Shown here: positions 25,901 through 34,677 of the stretch, one piece after another
Numbering within the stretch: position 1 is the first letter of the stretch
Layout: each line of letters starts with the position of its first letter
Origin: a virus
Length of the DNA: 57,131 nt
Virus record (IMG/VR): IMGVR_UViG_3300010376_000011
Coordinates: 1 to 57,131 of that record
Direction: 5' to 3' (one strand)
Translations under genes and position numbers: made by a program
The notes under the pieces: model-generated
Databases searched by the model: none
What the model saw: the letters and a program-made list of their open reading frames with translations, nothing else
Told to the model about the DNA's origin: nothing

Positions 25901-27096
25901 CCACGTCAGGCAAAACAAGAATCTATGTTGATTCGACCAGCAAGAACTTCGCAGCGAAGAATGACGCGAGCGTAGTCAATCATGGCATCCAGAGTCATAC
26001 TGCTGTGGCAGGGCAATCAATCACTGGCATCAACGATGATGGCTCAGTCACGACCGCTGCCTCAGCAGGCGGGACTAATGCTTTCGGCACTGTGGCTGTG
26101 AGCGGCCAGACGAGTGTTGTCGCTGCCGCTGCGCCTGACACGATCAACTACGTCGCTGGCAGTGGCATGACGATCACCACGAATGCAGGCACGAATAGTG
26201 TGACGTTCGCTGCATCTGCGACAGGCGGTGGCGCATCGCTGAGCGCGCCCAATACATTTACGAGCGCAGCGACGATAGACTTGACCGCGACTGCGAACAA
26301 TAGCGGCTTGATCCTGCCACAAAACAGCAGCGGTGGCGCGTCTGTAGCTGCGGGCTCGATTGCTTACGATTCAGGCGGTGGCGTGATCACGTTCGGCAAC
26401 GGAGCTCTTTCGCGCATCGTCGCCACGCGATCAGGCACAGAGACTTTGGCGAATAAAATCTTTCCTGCCACAACGACTGCGAATCCTGCGTTTAACATCG
26501 CTCAAGGCGGCACGCTGCAAACGACTCCTAATGCTGGCGACGTGGAGACTAATAACAAAGGAATGTTTTTCACGCGGCAGGCTGGCGAGCGCGGCGTCGT
26601 GCCTGCGCGTCAATGGATTGGTCTCACATCTGCTTATACGACACCTAGCAGCACGACATCATTGCAGAAGTTGTTCAACAGCACAACGAATGGTCAGTTA
26701 ACAGTTGCAGGCAATACTACATTTCGATTCCGGTCTCATTTCACATTGAGCTCGATGGCAGGCTCAAGCGGCTCGTTCGGTTTCGCTATCGGCGGCACCG
26801 CTACCATCACTGGGATTGAGTGGAGCAGCGCCGCCTTCAAGGGCGCGCTAGGCACTGTCGCTAATGGCGGCTTCTCGGAAAACATCACTGCATCGAACTC
26901 GACAATCACAACAGCAACCGCAAGCACAACTGGCTACGCTAACATTGAAGGCCGGATGCGAGTGAGCACAGGCGGCACGATCATTCCGCAATTCTCGGTG
27001 AGCGTCGCTGCTACTGCTGTGGTCGGCGCAGATTCATGGTTTGAAATTGAAGCAGTCGGCTCAGATACAGACACCTTCATCGGCAACTGGAACTAA
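22927..27096 (+). CDS. 1389-aa repeat-rich fiber/adhesin-like protein with an N-terminal Sec-type signal-like sequence
   Basis: MKKLLLALLLAASTALGQT; repeated modules (GGSxGxLQY..FGG x2; AVTYAKMQ..LLGR..GPPQEIT x3; VPDPG..RFLR.D..W x2; ETL.NK x2); Gly/Thr/Ser-rich. Confidence 0.75.
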   Translation: MKKLLLALLLAASTALGQTDTIKFRTDNHAVKKPPAIPSGVDYDFTGLNVIGLTVTGGGGGTSTPGGSNGQLQYNNGGTAFGGIPSLTWDGTQILAQAGAKFTLQDPLTSTKQIQFNLAAISGLKTITMPNLSGTIALLDPTTPPSAGHIATWTTSATLGNGDLNGPVSTSGTMTTVISNNAISTAHITDGSVTLPKLADMSGGGVVIGRMPPGTGPPSEVTTANWDTAFTDRLKWDGGPSALVPATGRGSLGATTVGGNIFTLPNPSAISFLKVNADNSMATESATTHLTSLGGTTVGRGIFTVGNPSAITFLRINADNSVSLLSNANFKLALSFTPADVGLGSVTNDAQIKASDFPSSVTSGQMVTFNGTGGKSVQASTVSGMLKATSGVVAPAVLGTDYWNGTTFSSSTGANQKGLVPDPGPISGTGSRFLRDDGLWVASGALIDADKGDITVSGTGSVWTIDNAAVTYAKMQTVTPQVLLGRTSFGPGPPQEITVGSGLSLLGTTLTATGAGSGNVSNSGTPTADQLPIWVDSTHIKGVTAIKGGATNTFLKKNSAADYDWIWATPTINTITDPTTPSKQLVFDIHLFAPSTTWTVTPPQANSVTIIPLALGTVATGTATQPMICKGVNGDGSLAFGYQDSTTNSLTADKTDWNLNGNTQVLQRWSGTAARNINSFSLGQGATSGDGMTFWITNTGTFALTLKHESATGTTAANKIHSGTGADIVLAQDQQALITYDSALQRWRAYPIGQGGGGGGITALTGDVTASGTGSVTATIANNAVTYAKMQNVSALGVLLGRGTLSTGPPQEITLGTGLGMTGAVLNPIDFVASGASHAHGAVPDPGATAGTTRFLREDSTWATPAGGGGSAPGGSAGSLQYQVNSTTFGGMGTYSTDGTTITAGASGVLNLAAQTGANSFLPPSIAGAAPTTAGALVFDSTAQQFRQGTATVARYLATRDGGETLSNKTIDNTNAINQYVTITNMVAPAASTSGKTRIYVDSTSKNFAAKNDASVVNHGIQSHTAVAGQSITGINDDGSVTTAASAGGTNAFGTVAVSGQTSVVAAAAPDTINYVAGSGMTITTNAGTNSVTFAASATGGGASLSAPNTFTSAATIDLTATANNSGLILPQNSSGGASVAAGSIAYDSGGGVITFGNGALSRIVATRSGTETLANKIFPATTTANPAFNIAQGGTLQTTPNAGDVETNNKGMFFTRQAGERGVVPARQWIGLTSAYTTPSSTTSLQKLFNSTTNGQLTVAGNTTFRFRSHFTLSSMAGSSGSFGFAIGGTATITGIEWSSAAFKGALGTVANGGFSENITASNSTITTATASTTGYANIEGRMRVSTGGTIIPQFSVSVAATAVVGADSWFEIEAVGSDTDTFIGNWN
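23677..23922 (+). repeat. In-frame tandem duplication (2 x 123 nt = 41 aa) inside the 1389-aa gene
   Basis: SLGATTVGGNIFTLPNPSAISFLKVNADNS / SLGGTTVGRGIFTVGNPSAITFLRINADNS; shared aatccgagcgcgatca string. Confidence 0.7.
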
Positions 27097-27100
27097 GAAC

Positions 27101-28792
27101 ATGAAATCAATCGCTCGCTTATTCTCTTACGTCGTGCTCGGTGCAACAGCAGGCGCGCTGCTAGGCATCGCATTGTTCGCGCCCGCAGCGCCGACACCGC
27201 CAAAGCCACAGCCTTACGTTGACAAGCTGCAAGATTCGCTCGATCTGCCGCCAGCTGGCCCTGGTCTGCAAACTCCTTGCGCGAGTTTCCCATATCCAGC
27301 GATTGTCAATCAGCCGGTCGGCATCGTGAAACTTTACTCGCCTGGTGATGCGGTGTGCACTGATCCGGATTGGAATAATGTCAACATCGACGGAGTCAGG
27401 ATGCGCTTGTCATGGAACACGCAAGAAGTCACCGAAGGCACTTATGCGTGGAACACTTCTCCCGGCTTCTCGCCGTGCAAAGATTCAATCAACTCTAACG
27501 GTCTCGGTGTCGGCAATGATCTCGATGCAGTGCTCTCAATGGCGGCATCGTCAGGCAAGTTCGTCGGCATCTCAGTCTCAGCAGGCGCGTTCTGTCCCCA
27601 CTGGATTTACGCGAGCCCGAGTCCAGGCATTTACCAATTCAATCTTGATTACGCCGATCAGACCAACACTGGCGATCCATACATGCCGTTTATTTGGGAC
27701 ACGCGGTTTCAGACGAAGTTTCACAACTTCCTCAATGCTTATGCAGCGCACATTTCATCGCTTGAGAGCACAGCCGGAAAACAGTTGGTGCTTTACTTTG
27801 TGATCACTGGCACAGCGAAGGCAATCGACATGCGAACCTGGTGCCAGAATACCGATCTCAGCATCCTTGTGAACGATGCTACACTGACTAACTCAGGCAC
27901 GCGCTGCATCGTGCATTCAGCGTCAGCAAATTTCACTGGGCGATCTAATCCAAGCTGTGTCGATTCAACGGGTTTGAACTGCATTGTCGGCAAACAGATC
28001 ACAGATGACTTGAACTACGCTACTCATTTCCCGACCAACACAACGGTCTGCGATCACAACACGTCTGGATGCTTAGACCCGACTGCGACTGATGTTTACG
28101 TTACAAAGAATGCAGGTGGTTGTCCGTCCGGTTGCAGCGTGCCGAACCTTTACATTCAAGAATGGCTGATAATGCAGGGCGAGTTCACGCAGATGGACAA
28201 CATCGCGAAGTCGCAACCCGCGGGCTACGGACTTGGCACGCCTAATCCTGCTGGCATGACTGGCTCGACTGGAAACTACGTCAATGCGGTTGGCGTGGTG
28301 ACGAGCTGGTTTATGTCGCTGTTCCCTGACCGCTCAGTGATTCTCACATCGAGCCCGCCTTATCCGAATAACATTCCGCAGGCGAGTGTCGATGTGCAGA
28401 CGATTCGCTGCAACAACCAAACTGCGTATGGCGATCATTACGGCGAGATGACTGTCGCGCGGCAAGCCACTTGCCCGCCGCACGTTTGGGCTCCTGTTTT
28501 TTCGACTGGCCCGAACGGTTCGCAAGCGATCTATCCGAGCGGCAATCCGAATCTCTATCAAGCAGGGACGTGCGCGTTCAAAGGTCCATCGCCGTTGCAG
28601 GATTTGTTTGATTCAGCATACGGCGACAAGACAGACAAATTCCTTGAGACTTACTCGCCCGACTGTCGCAGCCTCGATCCGGCCAACCCAAGCGCGACGC
28701 CTTCTATGGTGCAAATGGGAGCGTGGCAGCGCGCGCGCTGGAATCAGGCAATTCCGCAACCAATGAACCGAGCGAACATCACACTGAAATGA
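27101..28792 (+). CDS. Cys-rich protein with an N-terminal TM/signal anchor; TIM-barrel glycoside-hydrolase-like (putative polysaccharide depolymerase)
   Basis: Internal ATG 27101; MKSIARLFSYVVLGATAGALLGIALF; IDGVRMRLSWNTQEVTEGTYAWN..LDAVLSMAASSGKFVGISV..CPHWIY resembles GH42/GH5-like N-terminal strands (eye call only). Confidence 0.5.
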   Translation: MKSIARLFSYVVLGATAGALLGIALFAPAAPTPPKPQPYVDKLQDSLDLPPAGPGLQTPCASFPYPAIVNQPVGIVKLYSPGDAVCTDPDWNNVNIDGVRMRLSWNTQEVTEGTYAWNTSPGFSPCKDSINSNGLGVGNDLDAVLSMAASSGKFVGISVSAGAFCPHWIYASPSPGIYQFNLDYADQTNTGDPYMPFIWDTRFQTKFHNFLNAYAAHISSLESTAGKQLVLYFVITGTAKAIDMRTWCQNTDLSILVNDATLTNSGTRCIVHSASANFTGRSNPSCVDSTGLNCIVGKQITDDLNYATHFPTNTTVCDHNTSGCLDPTATDVYVTKNAGGCPSGCSVPNLYIQEWLIMQGEFTQMDNIAKSQPAGYGLGTPNPAGMTGSTGNYVNAVGVVTSWFMSLFPDRSVILTSSPPYPNNIPQASVDVQTIRCNNQTAYGDHYGEMTVARQATCPPHVWAPVFSTGPNGSQAIYPSGNPNLYQAGTCAFKGPSPLQDLFDSAYGDKTDKFLETYSPDCRSLDPANPSATPSMVQMGAWQRARWNQAIPQPMNRANITLK

Positions 28793-29034
28793 AATTCTTC
28801 CAAAACAGTTCCACGCTCGACATCGTAATCTATGCGCTGACTGGAATGGTAGTCTTCGTCACGATGCTCATCACGACCGTGACGTTAATCGCGAAGCTGC
28901 TTCATCCTGAGATGGACATGGCGAACGCGAACGAGCTCGTCAGCAGCATCACGAATACTGCGCTCGGTGCGCTGGTAGGATTCATCGGCGGGCGCGCAGC
29001 AGGAAAGCTAGAGGCGCAAAATGGACGACCTTAA
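28789..29034 (+). CDS. Small two-TM membrane protein, holin candidate
   Basis: Internal ATG 28789 (ATGA overlap); TM1 IVIYALTGMVVFVTMLITTVTLIA, TM2 ITNTALGALVGFIGG, charged C-terminus; precedes the candidate lysin. Confidence 0.45.
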   Translation: MKFFQNSSTLDIVIYALTGMVVFVTMLITTVTLIAKLLHPEMDMANANELVSSITNTALGALVGFIGGRAAGKLEAQNGRP

Positions 29035-29491
29035 ACTCATCAAGACAATCGGTGGCGTGCATATCTTCGCCACACTCGATCACAGCTACGTGCGCTTCCT
29101 CTCTGATCTCGATGTTTGCAATGATGGCACAGGTCCGCGGCACGGCGACAAACATTATCAGCCGCAGACCGCTTACTACAACAAGGGCAAGTTCCTCAAC
29201 GCGGATGAGGAGTGCTACATCGTGATTCCAATGTGTGTCCGGAAGCTGCTGAAAAAGAAGTCGATGGGCTGCAAAGCGCAAGCGAGCAACATCGAGACAG
29301 GAGCGATCTATCCTGCGGTGTGCGGCGAGCTTGGCCCGAACGACAAAACTGGCGAAGCGTCATACTGCCTAGCGAAGATGCTGAACAAGAAGGTCACGCA
29401 CAATAGTGGCGACAAGCGGTTGATCTATCTGTATGAATTGTGGCCAGGCATACCTGCAATCGTGAACGATAAACGCTATCAACTGGAGTAA
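29021..29491 (+). CDS. GH75 (chitosanase)-like protein, candidate endolysin or glycanase
   Basis: DLDVCNDGTG..GDKHYQPQTAY..LNADEECYIVIP..AVCGELGPNDKTGEASYCLAKML parallels the DxDCDG..Q.QT..GD.GP..GE.S motifs of the GH75 family. Confidence 0.6.
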   Translation: MDDLKLIKTIGGVHIFATLDHSYVRFLSDLDVCNDGTGPRHGDKHYQPQTAYYNKGKFLNADEECYIVIPMCVRKLLKKKSMGCKAQASNIETGAIYPAVCGELGPNDKTGEASYCLAKMLNKKVTHNSGDKRLIYLYELWPGIPAIVNDKRYQLE

Positions 29492-29496
29492 TCATC

Positions 29497-30735
29497 ATGG
29501 CAACTATAGGCACAGTCCCACCACCAACGATCACGCCTTCAAGCAGCAGTCCGACTGCGCCAATCTTTGGTCTGCCATGGGTGCCTGACATTGATTTCGC
29601 AGAAAAGGATCCAGCCATCATTCAACAAGAAGTGATCGCTGATTATGAAGCATCGTTTCTCGCGCTCACGAACATTGCGAAGTCACTCGCGCCAGGCGAT
29701 CCGGTTCGGCTGCATCTGCTAGTGGTGTGCGACTGGCTATCGCAGCAGCGCGTGATAATTGATTTCACTGGCAAGAACAATCTCCTCAAGTATGCGACCG
29801 ACGCGTATCTCGACAATCTTGCTGCGCTGCTTGGAGTGCGCACATTGCGATTGCAAGCGCAGCCAGCCTTAACCACGCTACGCTTCACGCTGACTGCTGC
29901 GCTTTCCACTAGCGCAGTGATTCCTCTTGGCACTCAATGCCAAGCGCCTAATGCAGTCGTGTTCGCGACGACCGCAGCAGGCGTCATTCCTGCTGGCAGC
30001 TTGAGCGTTGACGTTCCTGCGCAAGCAGCGACAGCCGGCGCGATCGGAAGCGGCTTTCAAATTGGGCAGATCAATTCGGTGATTAACTGGAATCAGCCTT
30101 TCGGCATCACTGTTTCGAACACCACAGTGACGAGCGGCGGCAGCGACATTGAGACTGACGATCAGTATCGCTATCGCATCTGGCTCGCGATTGAATCCTT
30201 CTCGACTTGTGGACCGCACGACGCGTATGAGTTTTGGGCACTGAGCGCGAATCCAGGCATCATGTCTGTGCTCGTTTATTCTGCGCCAGACATCGCAGGC
30301 GAAGTCTGGATTTATCCGCTGATGCAAAACGGGCTGCTGCCGACGACTGATGTGCTCGCGCAAGTGGAAGCAATTTGCAGCGCAGACACGAAGCGGCCTG
30401 TGACTGATTTCGTCACTGCGAAGATCGCGACCATTTACACTTACACGCTCAATATGAGTTGGTGGATTGATCCTGCCAACGAAGTCTTGCTCGATGCGAT
30501 CACAGCAGCAGTCAATCAAGCTGCGCTCGATTGGATTCTCTGGCAGCGCAGCGAGATCGGGCGCGATCTCAACTGTGACGAGCTCATCAAGCGATGCCTT
30601 GAAGCGGGCGCGAACCGGATCCAGATCAACTCGCCGACCGCGCTCTTCACTGACATTCCATACGACAATCTTGCGTGCCATGATCCGCTTGTCGCGCCTG
30701 TGGTGACGTATTCGGGAGCGGCCGTAACGTCATGA
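29497..30735 (+). CDS. Baseplate protein J-like
   Basis: 412 aa; DFAEKDPAIIQQEVIADYE..NLLKYATDAYLDNLAALLGV pattern of the Baseplate_J family; synteny with gpI. Confidence 0.85.
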   Translation: MATIGTVPPPTITPSSSSPTAPIFGLPWVPDIDFAEKDPAIIQQEVIADYEASFLALTNIAKSLAPGDPVRLHLLVVCDWLSQQRVIIDFTGKNNLLKYATDAYLDNLAALLGVRTLRLQAQPALTTLRFTLTAALSTSAVIPLGTQCQAPNAVVFATTAAGVIPAGSLSVDVPAQAATAGAIGSGFQIGQINSVINWNQPFGITVSNTTVTSGGSDIETDDQYRYRIWLAIESFSTCGPHDAYEFWALSANPGIMSVLVYSAPDIAGEVWIYPLMQNGLLPTTDVLAQVEAICSADTKRPVTDFVTAKIATIYTYTLNMSWWIDPANEVLLDAITAAVNQAALDWILWQRSEIGRDLNCDELIKRCLEAGANRIQINSPTALFTDIPYDNLACHDPLVAPVVTYSGAAVTS

Positions 30736-31676
30736 GCACTTTCCTCAAAGACCCGAACGCGATTCCATCAGTGTCTGATGATCTGACTGTCGCGCGCCTG
30801 CTCGACAACTGCACGCCTTCGATTGCTTACGACGAACAGATTCAAGCTGCCTGCAAAGCGTTCGACAATCAGATGTTTGAGATCATCACCGACACGGGAC
30901 AAGTGCTGTTCATTCCGAACATCATGGCAATCGAAGATGAGACCTTGATTGATATTCTGGCGTGGCAGTTCCATGTCGATCTCTACGACAAGACAAAGCC
31001 TTTCGAGTTCCGCAAGGAGCTCGTTCAAATGTCGTTTGTGTGGCATCGCACGAAAGGCACCGTCGCGCTTGTCAATGATGTGATTAACACTTACTGGCCA
31101 GGCGGCGGCTACATTCAGGAATGGTTCGACTATCACACTCCATTCCCGCCGAACTATCCAGTCGATGATGCAGACCTGTTCATCGACACCTTTGGCCCGA
31201 CTAATATCAACGTGCCGAATGACAAATTCCTCTATCAGAATACGCTAGAAGGCGGCGAAGCGATCTTCGTGCGCGCGGGGCATGGAGCAACTGCAGGCAC
31301 GCTTCCAGCGCCGCTCGTCGCTGATACGACCTACTGGATTGTGAATCCCACGTCTGGCTCATTCCAGCTGGCAGCAACGCTCGGTGGCGCGCCGATCAAT
31401 TTCACAAGCGCAGGCACTGGAGTAAACGAGTTCTGGAAACGTGGCTTCGGCACTTGGCATGATCGCTACAGATTCCGCGTGATCGTCAACGGCGACATTA
31501 TTCCTGCTGGCGAAGTTCCCGCGCTGATGGATTTAATCAATCGCTACAAACCAATATCGCGCTGGCCGGAAGGCGAAGCATTAGGCTCGATCAGCAGTGT
31601 CGGGACAGTGTATGCGTTCGGCTGGGCTTTGCTTACAGTCACGATTCAATCAGCAGCAGCAGACATAAGGAGCTAA
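30732..31676 (+). CDS. Tail protein I (P2 gpI-like)
   Basis: ATGA coupling; LIDILAWQFHVDLYD...VWHRTKGTVALVNDVIN matches the gpI pattern. Confidence 0.8.
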   Translation: MSTFLKDPNAIPSVSDDLTVARLLDNCTPSIAYDEQIQAACKAFDNQMFEIITDTGQVLFIPNIMAIEDETLIDILAWQFHVDLYDKTKPFEFRKELVQMSFVWHRTKGTVALVNDVINTYWPGGGYIQEWFDYHTPFPPNYPVDDADLFIDTFGPTNINVPNDKFLYQNTLEGGEAIFVRAGHGATAGTLPAPLVADTTYWIVNPTSGSFQLAATLGGAPINFTSAGTGVNEFWKRGFGTWHDRYRFRVIVNGDIIPAGEVPALMDLINRYKPISRWPEGEALGSISSVGTVYAFGWALLTVTIQSAAADIRS

Positions 31677-31679
31677 CCT

Positions 31680-33632
31680 ATGGCACTCAACAAACAAGTT
31701 TTCACGAATGCGGGCATCGACATGCTCGGCCAAGCGAACGCGGGCGCGCAGCTTGTCATTCAACGCATGGTGATCGGCAGCGGCACAGCGACAGGCGATC
31801 CTGACATTTATCCTTTAGTCGCGCTCATCAACTGGCAAGCGAACGTGACCATCACTCGTCAAGTCGATCTCGGCGGCGGGCAGATGCTTGTCAGTGGCAC
31901 GCTGAATGAATGGGACATGCCACCCGGTGCAGCCTTCCAACTGCGCGAGCTCGGCATCATGGCTTACACGATTGCTGGCGGCACGACTGGCGGCGGTGGC
32001 GGTAGCGGCACAACTGGCACAAGTGAGTTCAAAGGCAAGACTGATTTGATTCGCAAGCTCAAAGTGCAAATCCGCAGAGTTGAGCCGAAAGATTCAATCG
32101 GCACACCCACGCCTGCGCCAAAGTCGCCCGCGCCTGTGCCGACGACTAGCGATCAGCTTTACTGCGCTTCGAACTGTTACGCTGATTCGCCAAGCACAGT
32201 GACCCCAGGCGGCACAACGAGTTGGGCATTCGATGTGACCGTCGAGATAGATCGCGCCACAGATGTCACGATCACGATTGGCGGCGTCACGACTTATGAT
32301 GCCGAGAACATTCCCACTGATCCGGCAGTCGGCCCAGGATGGTATGCGGGACGCGTTTCGAACGTGTTTCAATTCAAGCGCGCAGTGCAAGGCCCAGGCA
32401 TCCTGCTAACCGATTCGACTGATCGCGTCACGATCTCGCTCGCTGAGCTCGCAGTGAACACAGACATTTATGTGCCGACAAGCTATCCATCACCGCCACC
32501 CGGAGCGCCTTTGTTCGACACCATTCAGCAGGCGCACGACTATCTGCTGCAATTCAGAATCCCTGCGAGCGTGCAAGCGACGATTCACGTTTACTCAGGT
32601 GTGTTCAATGTCAGCGGTAACGGCATCGTGTTCACGCATCCTGATTCGAAGCAGATCAACTTGATCGGGCAGCCGCGCGTCGATAGGACTGGCATCACTG
32701 CGATCAATTACGTCGCGCCGAACAAGAACGTCCTTGTGCCTGGCGTGATGCCTGTCGTCGGTCAGCAGGTGTATCTCTGGGGCACGAAAGTCGGTTGGGT
32801 TGGCGGCGCGCGCGTCGTCAACACGATTGCAGGCGGAGTGAATCTTTCGATCTTGAATCGCAGCGGCAAGACGCCTTATAGCGTGAACGAGACTTCGCTG
32901 AGCGGCAGCAGATTGTCTTGGCTGCCGACGCGAGTTGTCAACACGACCGCGAGCCCGACAGCAGGGCAGAATTGTTTGACTTGCTTGAACGGCATCGGCT
33001 CGATCCAGAACATGGTCTTCGAAGGCGGGTATTATGTTCTCGCGCTCGCAGGCGGCGGGCAGCTTACAGCAGTGATGTGCATCGGCGGCGCTTCGCCCAA
33101 AGGCAATCGTGGCTTGAGCTTGGGCACAGGCGACTTTGGTCTGCATGGAGAGTGCATCATCTGTGATTGCGTCTTCGGCATCGTCGGGATTGGCACGCTT
33201 CAAGCCTACGATCAGACTGTCGTGAACGGTTGTCAGGATGGCATCTATCCGAGCAGCGCAGGATTCGCAGTTGGAGCGATCAATGCCGGAATGCCGACTG
33301 CGATCCTCTACTTGAGTCATTGCTTGAATGGCTTGCACGCGCGCGGCGGCAATTTCTTGGGCGGCGCGATTGCGTATGTTGTCAATGGCACTGGGATGCG
33401 CGCAGAAGGAATGTCGAGTGTGTATATCAGCGGCGCGAGCAATCCGTCACTGCAAGGCACGTCAACTGGCGGCGACGCGAACACGCTCGACTTGTATGCG
33501 CAAGGCGGCTCGTATCTCGACTTCAATAAAGGCCCACTCTGGCCAGGCGGCTTCGCGGATCCGTCATTCAGTCCGCCGCACGACAACATTGCGGGAGATC
33601 GAAACCAGAACGCCTACATTCACTACTACTAG
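31680..33632 (+). CDS. Tail fiber/tailspike (P2 gpH-like N-terminal tail-collar domain; beta-helix-like C-terminal part)
   Basis: N-terminus FTNAGIDMLGQANAGAQLVIQRMVIGSG..ELGIMAY typical of gpH-type fibers; Gly-run linker; Gly/Asn/Cys-rich repeats at the C-terminus. Confidence 0.8.
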   Translation: MALNKQVFTNAGIDMLGQANAGAQLVIQRMVIGSGTATGDPDIYPLVALINWQANVTITRQVDLGGGQMLVSGTLNEWDMPPGAAFQLRELGIMAYTIAGGTTGGGGGSGTTGTSEFKGKTDLIRKLKVQIRRVEPKDSIGTPTPAPKSPAPVPTTSDQLYCASNCYADSPSTVTPGGTTSWAFDVTVEIDRATDVTITIGGVTTYDAENIPTDPAVGPGWYAGRVSNVFQFKRAVQGPGILLTDSTDRVTISLAELAVNTDIYVPTSYPSPPPGAPLFDTIQQAHDYLLQFRIPASVQATIHVYSGVFNVSGNGIVFTHPDSKQINLIGQPRVDRTGITAINYVAPNKNVLVPGVMPVVGQQVYLWGTKVGWVGGARVVNTIAGGVNLSILNRSGKTPYSVNETSLSGSRLSWLPTRVVNTTASPTAGQNCLTCLNGIGSIQNMVFEGGYYVLALAGGGQLTAVMCIGGASPKGNRGLSLGTGDFGLHGECIICDCVFGIVGIGTLQAYDQTVVNGCQDGIYPSSAGFAVGAINAGMPTAILYLSHCLNGLHARGGNFLGGAIAYVVNGTGMRAEGMSSVYISGASNPSLQGTSTGGDANTLDLYAQGGSYLDFNKGPLWPGGFADPSFSPPHDNIAGDRNQNAYIHYY

Positions 33633-33638
33633 GCGAAT

Positions 33639-33666
33639 CAGCTTAGAGTGAATTCACGCTAAGCTG
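33639..33666 (+). terminator. Conserved hairpin, copy 3 (degenerate: CAGCTTAGAGTGAATTCACGCTAAGCTG)
   Basis: One stem mismatch and an altered loop; begins 7 nt after the fiber stop; followed by ttaaaag. Confidence 0.5.
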
Positions 33667-33783
33667 TTAAAAGCCCGCTATCGCGTTTTATGCGCATCCA
33701 GCCACAATGAGTCGCCCGCTGCATCAAAACGCTGTGGCGGGGCAGGGCGTTCGCGCTTTCATACAGATAAACGGTCTCATTGA

Positions 33784-34677
33784 ATGAAAATCTACTGCGC
33801 CGGAGCCGGAACATTCCCGACGATCACTGAGATGATTGGCGTATTCAGCGGCATTGATGTTTTCAGCAGCTACTTCGACATCAGCCGCCAGCAAGGCAGC
33901 CAAGACATTCTGCCGATGCTGCGCAAGCATGAGCCGCGGTCAGTCGTTTGCGATTCAGGCGCGCACGCTTACTTCTCCGCGATAGGTGGCGCGATCAAGA
34001 GCGCGAGCCCGATCACGCTCGCTGCCAAGCTGCCACCGCCCAAAGAGTATGTCGCAGGCTATGCAGAGTTCATCGTGCGCTCGCTGCATCTTGTCGATGT
34101 GTTCGTCGAGATGGACACAGTGCTCATCCATGGTGAGCGATTCCAGAAATGGCAGCGCGATTGTTTGCTGGAAGCAGTGCGCGGAGATCGCTCGCGCATC
34201 ATGCCGGTCTATCACGCGTGCGAGAAACGAAAGGTCGCGCTCAAGCTGATTGACGAATTCCCGTATGTCGGCATCGAAGGCAAGCGCACGAAGAATCTTT
34301 CGCTCGATGATTACATGCAGATCGTTCACGCTGCCTACAAGAAGAAGTGCAAGGTCCACGCGTTCGCTTCCGTGGACAATGAGTTCCTGACCCGCGTGCC
34401 TTTCTACTCGAGTGATTCATCCAGTTGGAGCATGATTTACCGCAGCGGCGTTTACGTGCAGTTCACAGGGCGCGGCATGACGACGCTGCATCGCTCAGAA
34501 GTGCAGCGGCGATTTCATATCGCGGTCGGCCACGCGCAGTCGCTTGCGAGAGTGACGACAGCGCGCTCGACAGCCTTTCGTTACCGTGCAATGATCCGAA
34601 CTGTAATTGAGCAATATGAGAAGTTTGCGCACTATTTAACAGAGCTATGGAACGCGCGGGGAATAGTCTGGCAGTAG
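33784..34677 (+). CDS. dpdA: DpdA-like DNA-guanine transglycosylase (TGT superfamily)
   Basis: VVCDSGAHAYF, VFVEMD, HAFAS and YSSDSSSWSM motifs as in phage/bacterial DpdA; clustered with folE-queD-queE. Confidence 0.7.
   Translation: MKIYCAGAGTFPTITEMIGVFSGIDVFSSYFDISRQQGSQDILPMLRKHEPRSVVCDSGAHAYFSAIGGAIKSASPITLAAKLPPPKEYVAGYAEFIVRSLHLVDVFVEMDTVLIHGERFQKWQRDCLLEAVRGDRSRIMPVYHACEKRKVALKLIDEFPYVGIEGKRTKNLSLDDYMQIVHAAYKKKCKVHAFASVDNEFLTRVPFYSSDSSSWSMIYRSGVYVQFTGRGMTTLHRSEVQRRFHIAVGHAQSLARVTTARSTAFRYRAMIRTVIEQYEKFAHYLTELWNARGIVWQ

Noticed and set aside
22927-27096. Diversity-generating retroelement (template/variable repeat) in the fiber gene
   Set aside because: The internal repeats are in-frame, diverged protein modules. 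There is no reverse transcriptase gene and no non-coding template copy anywhere in the genome.
33726-33743. 18-nt exact direct repeat AAAACGCTGTGGCGGGGC, also at 42916-42933
   Set aside because: One copy is intergenic (upstream of dpdA) and the other lies inside the coding sequence of a small secreted protein. The flanks are unrelated. An 18-mer match in 57 kb of GC-rich DNA is within reach of chance, so it is not promoted to a finding.
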